A DNA stretch of 64,000 bases from Toensbergia leucococca. Its lineage: Eukaryota. The translations under genes were made by a program, and so were the position numbers. The notes beneath the pieces were generated by a model. The model was not told where the DNA came from. It ran no database searches and worked only from the letters and a program-made list of their open reading frames with translations. Below, piece by piece: positions 38,695 through 51,748 of this stretch (positions within the stretch are counted from its first letter, which is position 1; each line of letters starts with the position of its first letter). The DNA lies in contig JALDZS010000022.1 in the NCBI GenBank assembly GCA_022813965.1, positions 1 to 64,000 of the forward strand, written 5' to 3'.

Positions 38695-41600
38695 ATGGAC
38701 TATCTAGCTGAGAACGCTCTACAAAATCTCGAGGACAACGCAAGCAAAGAGAAAGCTATCACTCAGCTAGTCGAGGGAAATGGTGAGAAGCGTGGTGGTC
38801 AATCTGACGCTAACGGTCAAGATGAAGCAAGCCGTTTGAAAGCGTGGACCACAAATGTGCTGGACCAGGATGATCTAGAGCGCGACATCAATCGTCAGGT
38901 ACCAGATCCTAACGAGTTGGAGCCATTAGAAACACTGACGCCACATCTTTAGGCTGATCAAATGCTCACAGAGCAAGCAAACGACCGAGACCAGAAGCGC
39001 CTAGAGAAAACCAAAGCAGACAAAGAGTATGCCTGATGCCGGTTTGCCCTTAGGGTCGCCTACTGGAAACTGCTAATACTAATTCCTAAAGCAAACTATA
39101 TGCCCAGATTCGTAAATTAAAAGATCGCATGAGTCGACCATCCACCTCTGCAACAACTGCCCGTATACAAGCTGAAATTACACATCTCGAAGCTCAATGC
39201 ACCAATCTAAATAAAGACCTTGAACAGATACAGGAGCGTATAGACCAAAGAGATGGAGTGGGGCCTGGCAACGGGGAGACCATACTGGAAGAGTCTGGGA
39301 ATCGAAAATTGCCCCAAGAAAGTCAGCGCGATTTTCTCATCCGGACTGGGAAAATTACCCCTTTTTCCAAGTTGCCCGGAAGAGATCTTACAAGATCAGA
39401 CTCGACTCTGCAAGGAGTTCTTCTGGAAGCAGAAGATGGTGAGCCCGAGGAGAATCTGGACCATGATGAAGTCCATGCCGCTGAACTTATGTCTCATCGT
39501 AACTTGCTTCGACCAGGTTTCACGGATTTTGAGGAGACAGGCAACATCACCGAGACTTCGGATTTTGTAGAACGGCCGTCGAAGCGGCGGCGCCTACAAA
39601 AGAAGAATGTTATCAATGCCGTTCCTGATGCTTCTGATCAATCACTACTAACTAGAGAGGCGAAGAATCAAAGCGAAGCATCCTCTGATAATGAAGAGGA
39701 CTTTGGCTACACGCCAGACTTGAATGACAGCGAAAACGCTACCTTTGGTGTTTCCGAAGGTGATAGTGGAGATGGAGTAGTAGATGATGACTTCTCACTG
39801 GACACTACTCCGCTCAATAGCACATCCAGGCGAAAGAAAGGAAAGATATTCGAAAAGAAGTCAGATATAGAAGATCTGGCTGGCCTTGATGATGGTAACG
39901 AACAGCTTTTTCAAAGGCGACTACAAAGCTGGGTACAGCGTCGAAGCGCAGCCCGCAAAGGGCAAAATGCAAGAACGGTCTCAGTAGCCCACGAAAATGA
40001 AATCCTCCAACAAAAGCCAAGTGCTCCAAACGAGTTTGAAACGGAGGAAGGCGATTCTCGGACTCATGAGCAAGCAGTTGACGAATGGCATCTGCCGCAT
40101 CCAAACACGCCTGACACCGAGTTTGAAGGAGGCTATCTAATACCAGGAGATATATTTCCTTCACTGTTCGACTATCAAAAGACAGGGGTGCAGTGGCTAT
40201 GGGAGCTGTACTCTCAGCAAGTAGGTGGTATAATTGGCGACGAAATGGGACTTGGCAAAACTATACAAATAATAGCCTTTTTAGCTGGCCTTCACTACAG
40301 TAAAAAGATTACACGGCCAATAATTGTTGTTACTCCAGCTACAGTAATGAAGCAATGGGTTAATGAATTTCACACATGGTGGCCCCCAATGAGAGTCTCA
40401 ATCCTCCATACATCCGGGAGCGGCATGATGGATATTGGCCGAGAGGTGCAACGAGAAGATGAGCTGCTGTTGCAAACACCAAACCATCCTCAGCGGAAAA
40501 ATATGACAAAAGGGCAGAAGGCGGCAAAAAGGATCGTGGATCGTGTGATATCAGAAGGCCACATACTCGTCACAACCTACTCTGGCTTGCAAACTTACTC
40601 TGAGTTACTGATACCCGTTGACTGGGAGTATGCCGTGCTTGACGAAGGGCACAAGATTCGAAACCCCAATACCGCCATTACCATCTACTGTAAAGAGCTT
40701 CGAACGGCGAACCGGATCATCCTTTCGGGAACGCCAATGCAGAACAATCTCGTCGAGTTGTGGTCATTGTTCGATTTTGTGTTTCCCATGCGCCTAGGCA
40801 CCTTAGTCAATTTCCGACAGCAGTTTGAGTTTCCGATACGGCAAGGTGGCTATGCAAACGCCTCGAATCTTCAAGTTCAGACTGCTATGAAATGCGCCGA
40901 GACACTCAAAGATACCATCTCTCCCTACCTGCTGCAGCGCTTTAAAGTTGACGTCGCCTCTGACCTTCCAAAGAAAAGCGAGCAGGTCTTGTTCTGCAAG
41001 CTTACAAAGGTTCAACGTCATGCATACGAGTATTTTCTGGATTCAGATGATATGAAAGCCATATTGAACAGCAAGCGTCAAGTGCTTTACGGTGTTGACA
41101 TTTTGAGGAAGATCTGCAATCATCCAGATCTACGGGAGCATAGAGAGCTTTCGGTCAAGGCGGGTTACACTTATGGCATGGGAACAAAATCCGGGAAGAT
41201 GCAAGTTGTGAAGGCGCTGCTAGAGCTCTGGAAAGACCAGGGCCACAAGACTTTACTGTTCGCGCAGCATCGTATTATGCTTGACATCCTTGAAAAATAT
41301 ATCAAGTCCCTGGACGGTTTCAGTTTTCGTCGAATGGATGGCAACACTCCAATCTACAAGCGGCAGGATCTGGTTGATGAATTCAACAAGGATCCAGATA
41401 TCCACGTATTTTTGCTGACTACCAAAGTGGGCGGTCTCGGCGTAAACCTGACCGGAGCTGACAGGGTCATCATCTACGATCCTGATTGGAATCCATCTAC
41501 CGATATCCAGGCACGAGAACGGGCATGGCGTCTCGGTCAGAAGCGAGAGGTCATGATCTATCGTCTTATGACCGCTGGAACCATAGAGGAAAAGATATAC

Positions 41601-42575
41601 CATCGACAGCTCTTCAAGCAGTTCCTTACGAACAAGATTTTAAGAGACCCAAAGCAGCGCCAGACGTTCCAGATGAAGGATCTTCACGACCTTTTTTCTC
41701 TGGGTGGCGCCGATGAGCACGCTACTGAGACAAGCGAACTTTTCAAAGGTACTGAAGTCAAGTTTGGCAATGGAAATAGCCTTTCCCCACCATTGGATCG
41801 TGATCCTACGCTTCCAGGCGATGCATCTTCGATACCCAACATTGCAGAGAATAACAATTCTACCATCCGCAACATAGTCGGGGTGGCATCGGTGGAGCGG
41901 TTCTACGGCGAAGAGGAGGATGAGCGCAAAGCTATCTCCAAAGACGCTGCTAATTCTGAAGCCCGAGTCATGGAAGGTATCTTTGCTCGCTCTGGTGTTC
42001 ATTCGGCCCTTGAACATGATCAAATCATAAACGGCAAAAGAATCATTATGGCTGATCCCAAAATCATTGAAAGGGAAGCTAAGAAAGTAGCTGCTGAGGC
42101 AGCTCAAGAACTCAAGAAAGCCGGAGACATGGCCAGGACAGTGCCAGTAGGAACGCCTACTTGGACTGGTCAGTACGGTACAGCTGGAAGACCGGATGCC
42201 CAGATGCCCCAGCGAGGCTTCGGTAGAGGTGCTGGTAGGGGTGGACCCAGATCACTGAGTATTTTGGCAGGTTTGCAGAGTCGGCAAGCGGCCAACGAGA
42301 TCACCAATGGTTTGGGATCTAACGCACAAGCCAGTAGAGGCTTGAGGCAGGCTTCGCCAGGTCCTAAGGGTACGGACTTCATGAGATTGATCCGTGATTA
42401 TCTCGTCACTCATGGAGGCAGAGTGCATACTCAAATGCTGATAGATCATTTCAACCGATACTGCAATACGCCAGGAAAGACGGCAGAATTCAAAGCAATG
42501 CTGAAAGAGATGGCAACGCTTGAAAGGGGGTCTCGAGGAAGGGGAAGATGGATACTCAAGGATGAGTATCGGTAG
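38695..42575 (+). CDS. RAD26: Rad26/Rhp26 (CSB/ERCC6) SNF2-family transcription-coupled repair ATPase
   Basis: RDFLIRTGKITPF; GGIIGDEMGLGKT; VLDEGHKIRNP; LSGTPMQNNL; DPDWNPSTDIQARERAWRLGQ; C-terminal winged-helix-like region; two short 5' introns. Confidence 0.95.
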
Positions 42576-43261
42576 AAGACGATTTAATGATGCGAGTAGC
42601 CATACGAGCCTTGCCAGGGTCATCTGTTGAAGCATTCGAGCGAGCGTGAGCCCGTACCAGAGGACTTTGCACTAGCAGGTAGGAGTACCTTATTCTCTGT
42701 AGGTAGTAGTTGAGAAATCATCGCTACCAATTGACAATGCATAAACTCCTCTAGTCTAGAGTTTGATTCATCGTTAAAATCGAGATTGAGATTTATATTT
42801 TCGAAGAGAATATGTGAAGGACGGAGGGGCCTTCGTAGTTCGTACTGTGTCTCAGGGGTTTCGTAATTCGGTAGCTTTGGTGGACGGGTGGCGTAGCAAC
42901 AAAAATAGAAAATAGACGGTGGTGAAAAAACCCCTGTCACTCAAAACAAAGCATCGATCACTTTCTGGCCATCTCTTGAACATCACCTTCGTTCCACATA
43001 CCATCATTTTCATACCTAATACGCCAGGGGCTAACACTCGCTCATCTCCCCTTCATTTGTTCCATCAGTCTTCCAACCAAGTGCTCATCTACAGCCTGCG
43101 AGGACTGTTTTCTACTGGGGCCATCTTCAAACAACAACCACATAGCACCACGACCTTCTGAGCTTTCGTACCAAGCGTGCTAGTACCCCTCAACACATCT
43201 GGAGACAATACTCTCATTTCGCCCAGGCGTCTCTTCCCTTCGCTCAATCACTTTGAATACG

Positions 43262-44323
43262 ATGCGATCCACTCCACTAATCCAGACTCTGATGGTCCTA
43301 CTCGTTTCTGTAAAAATAACGACAGCATGGCCTTGGCCATCTTCATTGGCCAATGTAGAAGGAATCCTACTTAGACGGCAGGACAATTCGCAGAGCAGTA
43401 GGACTTTCGTGTGGTGTTATTGTAAAAGCAAGCTGATCAAGGCAATCAGACTCGGATACCTCCTCTTCATCTCCATCAACTACCAAAACCACCGAGTCTG
43501 TTGAAACCACTGCCACATCATCCGGGGCAACATCTGAGTCAATCTCTGGGTCTAGCTTTGGATCTACATCTGGATCCGCTTCAACCACTGCTAGTAGTTC
43601 ATCAAAAGATTCTACCACAAAAGGCGGCTCAGCGGCATCAACCTCTGGAAGCAGCCAAAGTGCTGCAGCCAGCTCGGGAGGGAGCTCCTCTAAGGAAACT
43701 GGCAATTCGAAGACCACAAAATCTTCCTCTAAGACTACAGCTGTGGATCCCCGGCTACCTGCTGGTGGCATTCAGATGGTCACACCTTCCGCAATTGCCG
43801 CAGCCCAATACTACAAGATTGGGGATTACGTGACATTTGCTTGGAACTATACCTCGCTTTCCGTCACACCTTCAGCGATCGATATTCTTGTGTCTTGCAG
43901 TGCCAACAGCGCCACGTACACTATTTCCAATAACGCAAGTGTAGCGCCCACTGGCAGCGTTGTTTGGGACACGCAAGCGGATGCCACTGGGTCAGCCCCG
44001 TTACTGACTGAAACATACACGCTGGTGATCCATGATGCATCGAAAGATGTCACTGCGATACCGTCAGCTGGGTATCTCGGAACCTATGACCAATTTACAT
44101 TTGGCATGTATGTGAGGCAGGCATATACACCATTGAATGGTATCTTCTCAGCGGGCCTCCTCTTATTGAATCAGCACTGACTCATGTAGAATTCATATGC
44201 GCAACATGCAGCAGTGCCCTCTCGGATATGGAGCGGCAAACAATGAAATTCCTCTTCGGCATGTGCATGATTACTGTATTCTCATTCACGTGGTTTGCTG
44301 GTGGCTTCGGTCTCCTTTTTTAG
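43262..44323 (+). CDS. Conserved fungal secreted/membrane protein: signal peptide, S/T-rich stalk, globular domain, C-terminal TM helix
   Basis: MRSTPLIQTLMVLLVSVKITTAWPWP signal; DPRLPAGGIQMVTP...YYKIGDYVTFAWNYTSL domain; last exon FLFGMCMITVFSFTWFAGGFGLLF*; 2 introns. Confidence 0.85.
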
Positions 44324-45130
44324 ATCTCTTATAGCACCTATCGATACTCTCCCTCAAACCTTGATCATTTGTATTTCCAATACGTCTCTTGTTGCATTTT
44401 CAGGTAAGCGAATGGGCATAGTAGAGGCCTTGGGCGGTTGCATCAGCGTTTGCCTTGGATCTTGGGCCGGAAAGCTCGGTTGGTAATGAAGCAATGCTAG
44501 CAGAACAGACGGATAATTAGGTCAATCGATGAACGACCCCATCTCTCTACCCTGTCATCATCCTCGCAATCTGTCCTTCTTTCGTCCTAGAGAACGATTT
44601 ACAATGCCATTGTCTGTTGTTTGTCGCACCCTTCTCGTCTATCTTCCCAACACCAAGCATCCGACCGTTCGTTCCGCGTTGGGCACCAATGCCACTATCC
44701 CCGGCTCTTGTGTTGAACCAGCACATTCAGGTACAAGAGAGCAAACTGTCGCGCGAGAGCGAGGGCCATAAAGAGCCTCGTGCGAACCGGGTGTTCGTGT
44801 TGCATCGCACAACGGCATCAGTCTTGAAGCTTTTGTTTTTTTTGTTCTTTCTCGCAACAAGCATCAATCAGAGTCCCCCCATCTCCATCACTCGCTCCTG
44901 TCCGCTTTTCAACTTCCCCGAGAACCGCTTCGAAAGTCTATACACGTCGCCGCCCACCCTGTAGGGACCCCACCGGTCACCGCTCAAACCCAATCCCTAA
45001 ACCCCATCATCCCTTCCAATCCATCCTCCCCAGAAAACCCAAACCAAACCAAACCAATTCCAGACAACCTTCCGACCTTCCTCTCACCCCCCCCACCCCG
45101 AATACTTCTGCACAAACAAACAACAAAAAC

Positions 45131-45298
45131 ATGCCCGCCAAACCCCAGGGCTGGACCGCGCCCATGGACGGCTTTGTCCGAGATCTGGTCGCCAAGGGCG
45201 AGGATGCGAGAACGATTGTCATTTTGCTGGAGACGGAGTGGCCGGCTATGGTGGGGAAGGTTGGGGTCGAGTGGGTTCGGGGTTTGGGGGGCAGGTAA
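45131..45298 (+). CDS. Putative 55-aa microprotein MPAKPQGWTAPMDGFVRDLVAKGEDARTIVILLETEWPAMVGKVGVEWVRGLGGR
   Basis: A/C-rich leader ...acaaacaaacaacaaaaacATG; complex helical-looking sequence inside low-complexity flanks; below the ORF-track cutoff. Confidence 0.55.
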   Translation: MPAKPQGWTAPMDGFVRDLVAKGEDARTIVILLETEWPAMVGKVGVEWVRGLGGR

Positions 45299-45712
45299 AG
45301 AGGTGTTGGGGGGGGGGGAGGGGGGTGGGGCGTATAGGAGACTTTTTGCGAGGAGATGAGGGGGTTTGGAGGGGGTGGGGACGTTGGTTGTGAGGAGGGG
45401 TGATGGGATCGTTGGGTTTTTCGGGTTCTTTTGGGGGGTGTTGAGTGGAGTTGGAGGCGTGGGGGAGTACCTTGATTGTGAGGAAAGGGGGGAGGGACGG
45501 ATTGTTTTTTTGAGAGAGAGAGGGGGGGGTTTGGACATGGTAGGAAATTTTTCTATCTATGTTGTTCATAATCGGTGAAAAGTCCATTTACTTTTTTCAA
45601 TAATACGAAATCGTCCAGCGATCATCAAATACCGTGCAAGCCCGTACGCCTGCAATGTTTGTGAGGATTGTCTCGACCTTGTATCCCCGCCTAGGAAAAA
45701 CTTTCCGTTGAT

Positions 45713-47207
45713 TCAGTATGTCCGAGCTAGATTCCTCAAATACCAATCCACCAGCCTCCGGCCCACTTTGGCCTCGCTGATATGGATCAAATCCCCCTGC
45801 ATGGCGTAGTCCAGATCGTTGCTGTTCACCACCTCGCCATCCAACAAGCCGCCCTCACTCCACCGCACCTGTCTGCTCCGCTGCTTGTTGACGAGCAGCC
45901 AGCCGCGCAGCTTCTCGGGCTCGACTTCCAGGAACCCAGCGAGTTTCTTCAGGTCCATGGTCGTGTAGAGTTTGAGGTAGGACTTGACGGTCGGGGACCA
46001 CATTGTTGTTTTGACTTCGTCGAGGAAGATGGAGAGGTGGTGGTCGACCGGGTCGATGTTCAATTCTGGGTTGTCGAAGTCCGGCGGTGTCGGGGAGATG
46101 AATTTCGGGCAGGCGGTGCGGAAGAGGTCTTCGAACAGAGGGAGGGCTTCGGGCCCGCCGCGCTGCAGGCGGGTGAGTTGATCGCCGTATTTTTCGCGCA
46201 GGGCGGTGTGGATGGTGTCGTCGAGTTTGGTGGGGTTGAAGGCGACGCAGATGGCGACGAGGGCGTACATTTGGTCATTTTTCTTGGAGATGCTGTCGTA
46301 TTGGGCCGTCTTTTGAAAGTTTTTGGTGCGGCTGACGTAGACGAGGATGTGGGAGAACATGCGGATGGCGTCGGCGTAGCGGCGCATCATCATGTAGCTG
46401 AAGCCAACGTAGTAGTAGGTTGTGAAGTGGGCGGCCATGACGCGGGCGAACATTGCTTTTTTGTTGAGTTCAATGTCGTCGAGGGTTTTGAGGGCGAGGC
46501 TGAAGTCGCCGAGGAGGCAGTGCACACGCAAGAGGCCGATGATGCTGAAGTAGCCCAGCATGCGGTAAAGGGGCCGCGAGCCGTATTCGCCGGCGACGGA
46601 CATGGGGTCCTCGTTGCGTTTCATGGCAGCGAGTTGCTCGTTGATCTGCGAGCGTTGGATTAGGCTGTAGAGGACGTTGAGAACGGAGTAGCAGCCCCAG
46701 GTGTTGGGGTTGTCGCGCAGAAGTTGGGATTCTTCTTCTGAGGAGGAGATGCGGGCAACGCGGTTGCGGTAGCGGCAGAAGGATTCGAATTGGTAGATGA
46801 ATTCGTCGATTACATCCCAAGCCCAGTAATACTGGAAGTTGGTTAGCCAGGCGGGTCTTGGGGAGGGTGCAGGTAGGAAGAGGTATGCTCACGGAAGGGA
46901 CCTCTAGGTCGACAGGCCCCTCGGAGTTTAGGATGTAGTGGAAGAGATTGCAGTAATTATCGTAGCTGGCAAACTTGGTTTCCAGTGTGGCCTGGTATTC
47001 TAATGGTGTAGCGGCGGCAGCGAGTTGTGCTTGCATGTCCTGCATCTGTCCCCCAGCACCGCCTAGGGAAGTGGTTCGGTCCAAGTCCTCCATTCCATCG
47101 TCGAATTGAACTTGCTCTTTATAGTCGTTCGCCATGGCCTCCTCTTCTTGATCAGAAACATCGTCCATGAGTTGCTGAGGGTCGGCCGTCCGTTGATAGA
47201 GAGCCAT
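45713..47207 (-). CDS. EIF3L: Eukaryotic translation initiation factor 3 subunit L, 2 exons
   Basis: SYDNYCNLFHYILN; YYWAWDVIDEFIYQF; LGYFSIIGLLRVHCLLGDF; ACPKFISP; SYLKLYTTMDLKKLA. Confidence 0.95.
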
Positions 47208-47301
47208 GATTGCGGTCATTGATGGTGTGTAAATTTTGAGTATAAAATTTAGCTATGTCAAAGTTGAGGGTTTCGCTTATCCTCCTGCCTAAGGAAGGTC
47301 A

Positions 47302-47309
47302 CAGTCACA
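47302..47309 (+). promoter_or_regulatory. Homol-D-like CAGTCACA motif upstream of eIF3l
   Basis: CAGTCACA within GTCACAGTCACAGTC, ~95 bp upstream of the eIF3l ATG. Confidence 0.3.
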
Positions 47310-47316
47310 GTCCTGG

Positions 47317-48080
47317 TACTAACCAAATCAGGTAATATTTAGGATGTAATCTACGCTTATTCCTCATGTTATCAACTTTATCATATCTTACAATTCTTTT
47401 ACATCAAACGCATACTCAATTATCAATCATCTAGATTTCTACCTTATTTTACTTACCTGTCTGTCTATTTATAAGCTTGATGAAGATGAGATTCACATCA
47501 GATAAGAGAGAGAAGATGAAGACAAAGATAAAGATCTGAGGGGTGAAGGTCTCAGAGATGAAAGCCTTGAAGATAAAAGTCATGAAGATTACATAAAATG
47601 ATCAATTGAGACTATCAATTAAGTGCTATCAAATGAGTATGAAAAAGGAATGATAATTGTCTACATAAAATGAGGGGATGAGATACGAGGTCATTTTTTA
47701 AAGTATTGCAAATGGCCAACGTAGGAACTGCGCCTTGACATGAATATCAAGAAATTGTAATTCTCATCTACAATTGAATAGCAACGTCAATGATATTCTA
47801 TTGAAGTGTTATAATCATGAAAGCTGTTGAGCTCATCATGCTTGAGTATCTGTAGTATTCTCTTCTCTGTATTCTCTTTTAATGGGTTGATATTCTGTGC
47901 TATGATTTAGAAGATCCTACGTTGACTCAGAAATCCCTACGTTGCAATACTTTAAAATGGACCTCGTACCTATTATTTTCATGAAATGATGATGAGATAA
48001 GATCAGCGTTAGAGTAATATTGGGTGTAACTTACATACATTTCTGCTTTAGTTCATTGTTATCTCCTGAGTGGGTTAGTA
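47317..48080. mobile_element. Degenerate TA-flanked non-autonomous DNA transposon (outer element)
   Basis: Imperfect terminal inverted repeats GGTACTAACC-AAA-TCAGG (47315) versus reverse complement GGTACTAACC-CAC-TCAGG (ending 48082); AT-rich non-coding interior. Confidence 0.45.
47686..47966. mobile_element. Tc1/mariner-type MITE (~281 bp) with TA target-site duplication
   Basis: TA|CGAGGTCATTTTTTAAAGTATTGCAA on the left; right end reverse complement TA|CGAGGTCCATTTTAAAGTATTGCAA; subterminal CAACGTAGG repeats. Confidence 0.75.
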
Positions 48081-48375
48081 CCTTGTACCATGACTGGTAG
48101 GCAAAGGGAATCCTTGAGTAGTTCTAGAAGTGTTCTATGAAAATCGGCGCTATTTAATATTCGGTCCTCGGCGAGATGACTTTCAACTACCTATCCGTAG
48201 TCAAGCCTTTCCACTGTATGCATGATTGATATTCAATTAGATATCGGTGTGTTGCATAGTCCAAATCTCCTTCTAGCGAACTACGAAAAGTCTTCTACCG
48301 ATCAGTTTTGTCTCGACTCGGCCGTGGATTACGGAAGCCTGCAGGATTAAGGGGGGTGGCATCGGAGTCTCTGAA

Positions 48376-49165
48376 ATGGGGGGTTCAGTATCACGAATAC
48401 TTTCAGGACTATTGTGGACGAAAAAGGAGATCAGAATATTGATATTAGGCCTGGTGGGCTATTGCCACTCTATTCCGGTACATGTGGCCAAGACTGAAGT
48501 GTAAATACATAGGATAATGCCGGAAAGACAACACTGCTCTACCGCTTGAAAGTCAGCATCAGCTTTGTTTGAACCTGTGCTTGCCGTTACTGATCCTGTC
48601 TCTAGATCGGCGAGGTTGTTACAACCATACCGACTATTGGTTTCAATGTTGAGTCTGTGACCTACAAGAATCTAAATTTCAATGTTTGGGTAAAACATCT
48701 GCTCGATTGGAGGTAAGAAGCCTGTAGTGCGGAAGCGCTAATTTGCGACCGTGCCCTCAGGATCTTGGTGGTCAAACGTCGATAAGGCCCTACTGGCGGT
48801 GTTATTATGCTAACACTGCCGCTGTCATCTTCGTCATTGATTCAACAGATCTGGAACGGCTGGGTACAGCATCAGAAGAGTTGGCGGCAATGCTGAATGA
48901 AGAAGAGTTACGGGATGCAGCACTGCTAGTTTTTGCGAACAAACAGGATCAACCAGGCGCTAAAGGGGCAGGCGAGATATCAGAAGCATTACGACTGGGT
49001 GAGTTGAAAGATAGAAACTGGAGTATAGTGGCATGTTCCGCCGTTGATGGAAGAGGTATCAACGAAGGAATGGACTGGCTAGTTGTGAGTGAGCCTGCTT
49101 GTCCTTGAAAAAGACTTTTGCTGATACTCTCCTTCCAGCAAACGGTGCAATCAGAGTCATCATAA
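48376..49165 (+). CDS. ARL1: ADP-ribosylation factor-like GTPase Arl1, 5 exons
   Basis: [57 protein letters not shown]...|[16 protein letters not shown]...FANKQD; MG myristoylation start. Confidence 0.95.
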
Positions 49166-51748
49166 GCATAGCGTGCATCTCTATACCCATTTTCAGATTT
49201 TCACTTAGGTATCATGAACTGCGTTTGGGTTTATCACACCAAGTAACCTCGATTGACTTTGAGTACCGCGACAGTATCGAGGTAACAAGTCTTGGTGAAA
49301 AGGTATTAAAGAGGGAGTGTCCCTGTAATGATTACCTCTGTAATCATGAGATTTCAATGCTGTCACGCTGAGATGCAGCTTTTCAGAGGCGTGATCAGAT
49401 TACATACCTTGCATATACGTTTATTCAAGTCTTCTGAAATATTGTCTGAATATCTAAGATTTTTTCTACGGGACCGGCTACATCAGTTTCTCACCATTCA
49501 TTTTGATTCGTGCCCTATGTAAGCAGACAGTCAGTCTCTCCTTTTCCATTGTGAATGTCCGTACTTTTATTTCGTGTGAACTCATGCTAAATTAGAGAGA
49601 CAGAATCTCTTCTCCGGATAGCGCAATACTCTAACTTCTCCAGCCGTCCTTCTCCATTGAAAGATATACATACATAGTGTCCTCTCTCGCTCACAAATAC
49701 AGGAAGCTTCGGGAGCAAACACAAAGCTCTTGTATTGAAAGCTCCAAATCCAAAAATATCCTTAGGACAATCCTTTTCTTTTGTCGTTCTGCAAATCTTC
49801 AACCTACCGAGACCGAAAGCTGGAAATAAAAAAAATGGCGCCGAGCAAATCGGTTCTAAACCTCCTTCCTCTCAACCTTGAAACAAGTGTCAGCTTGATG
49901 ATATGCGTCTTGGTCAATTGAGTGACTTTTACTATCACTTGAACATTCGTTCTTATCGTTTACCTATTCAAATTATGTCAAGGATCCAACCTCAAGAACA
50001 TACCATTTTTGATATCTCCTCTCGCTCCTCAGACGAAGCCTGCGCTGAGGGCGTTAGCGATCTTCACTACATTCCCCGGCCGACCGTTCTGGAACGTTCG
50101 AATGTCATCAAAAGTATAGGTATGAAAAATGATAAGACAACATCAACTTCTATATGATGTCTGCTTCAAGAAATGCAAGATCTTGCTTGTTTCAACTGAG
50201 TTCAATAGTAGATCCATAATGTGACATCATGAATTCTCAGTTTTCATATGACATCGATTCAACAATACTACATATACGTGCCGAAGTATTCGGGACGAAG
50301 GAGCCAGAGTGTTGTGCATTTATGACGCGGTTCATTTCACCTACCACGTAAGTCTTAGAATCTTCAGCCATCACTTCCCACTTGATGACGATATTGAGTT
50401 CTTGATTCTAGGCCTCGGGGAAGAATTGAATAGAAATACGGGCCGTCAGAGGGTACTGAAGGAGTTGGTGGAAGTTCTTGGCCTCCCAAAGCGACTGACT
50501 TGTTCCCTCCAGGAACTCTAACGGAACTTATGCTTGTCTCTTGATAATGAGGTTGCAAAGCAATTGTGGGTTCTTCAACGCAGATTTACTAAAAGGCATC
50601 AGGATGACTGATTTGACTTTGAACAGTTTCGTTCTCATCAGGCTCAATGGCCACCAGATAGCAAAAGAGATTCTAAATAGGCGCTGCTCAAAATTCCCAG
50701 TCGAGGATATCGACGGCTGCAGACGACATGCCTCTTGCGAAATGAAGGATCAGACCAGGAAGAAAAGGTTGGGATCTTGTTAGCAGTTTCTTTTTATGGT
50801 GCAGAAGCCAGCTATTGGCGTGTTCAACGTTCAAGAAAGCAGCTGGAAATGCAATACACACTGACACTGGTCAAGGTGTCTCAGTCAGAGTCTCTGACTG
50901 AGAGATAGAATTGTCAGACTAACTTCTGGATGAATTAGTAGTAGAACGAATGCGGAGTAGTATATGGCCGCACACGGTGTATCAAGGTGAATGCTGAATG
51001 TTGCGAAGTGTGGCTTTACTGTAAGCAGAACGACCGGTCTCTAGAAAACATGAGAAAATGAAATAATTTGTGAGAATAGTGATGGTACTGCCAGTATCAT
51101 GCAGATAATCAGATACTGAATCGCTACTTGGCAAAGCGCTTCTGGCTTCCCCAAAATCACAGACTAAGCACGTGGCACCTTCGCAAGTGGTGAAGCTTTG
51201 ATGATAAAGTTTGGCACAATTGATTCCAAATATGGACGACGGCTACTAGGTCAAGGCGGTGACGATCTCGATATGGAGATTGATGTCCTCACGAAGATGG
51301 CAGAGCGGAGATTTCCATGTTGGTAATTCCTCAGAATGGAAGACGGGAAATCATCCATGATCCATGAACCATGTGCATGCGGGTCTATGGCCTAGAGGTG
51401 CCAATCTGCAATCCTCGAATTTATGCCCTAGTTCAAGCTGTTGTCAGCTGCCTCCACCTTGGATCAAAGACATTGAATGTCAATTGACACTCATAGGAAT
51501 ACGGAGCACTCCGCTCGGGTCTATTTACGCATACCTTGGAGTAGGTAAAGTGAAGTCAATGTGAAAAGTCGAGAAAGCCTAGATCGAGAAATCTTCCCGA
51601 TCCATGAAGCCGGAACCCCTCCCGTTGCCACCCACCTTACAATAAAGAGCCTCCTTCAACCTTATGTATCATTAGTTCATTACCTTCTTCTCCGACCACT
51701 TTCACCCCATCAGCTCCCACTGCACATTCTACCTCTTATTTCCTAATT

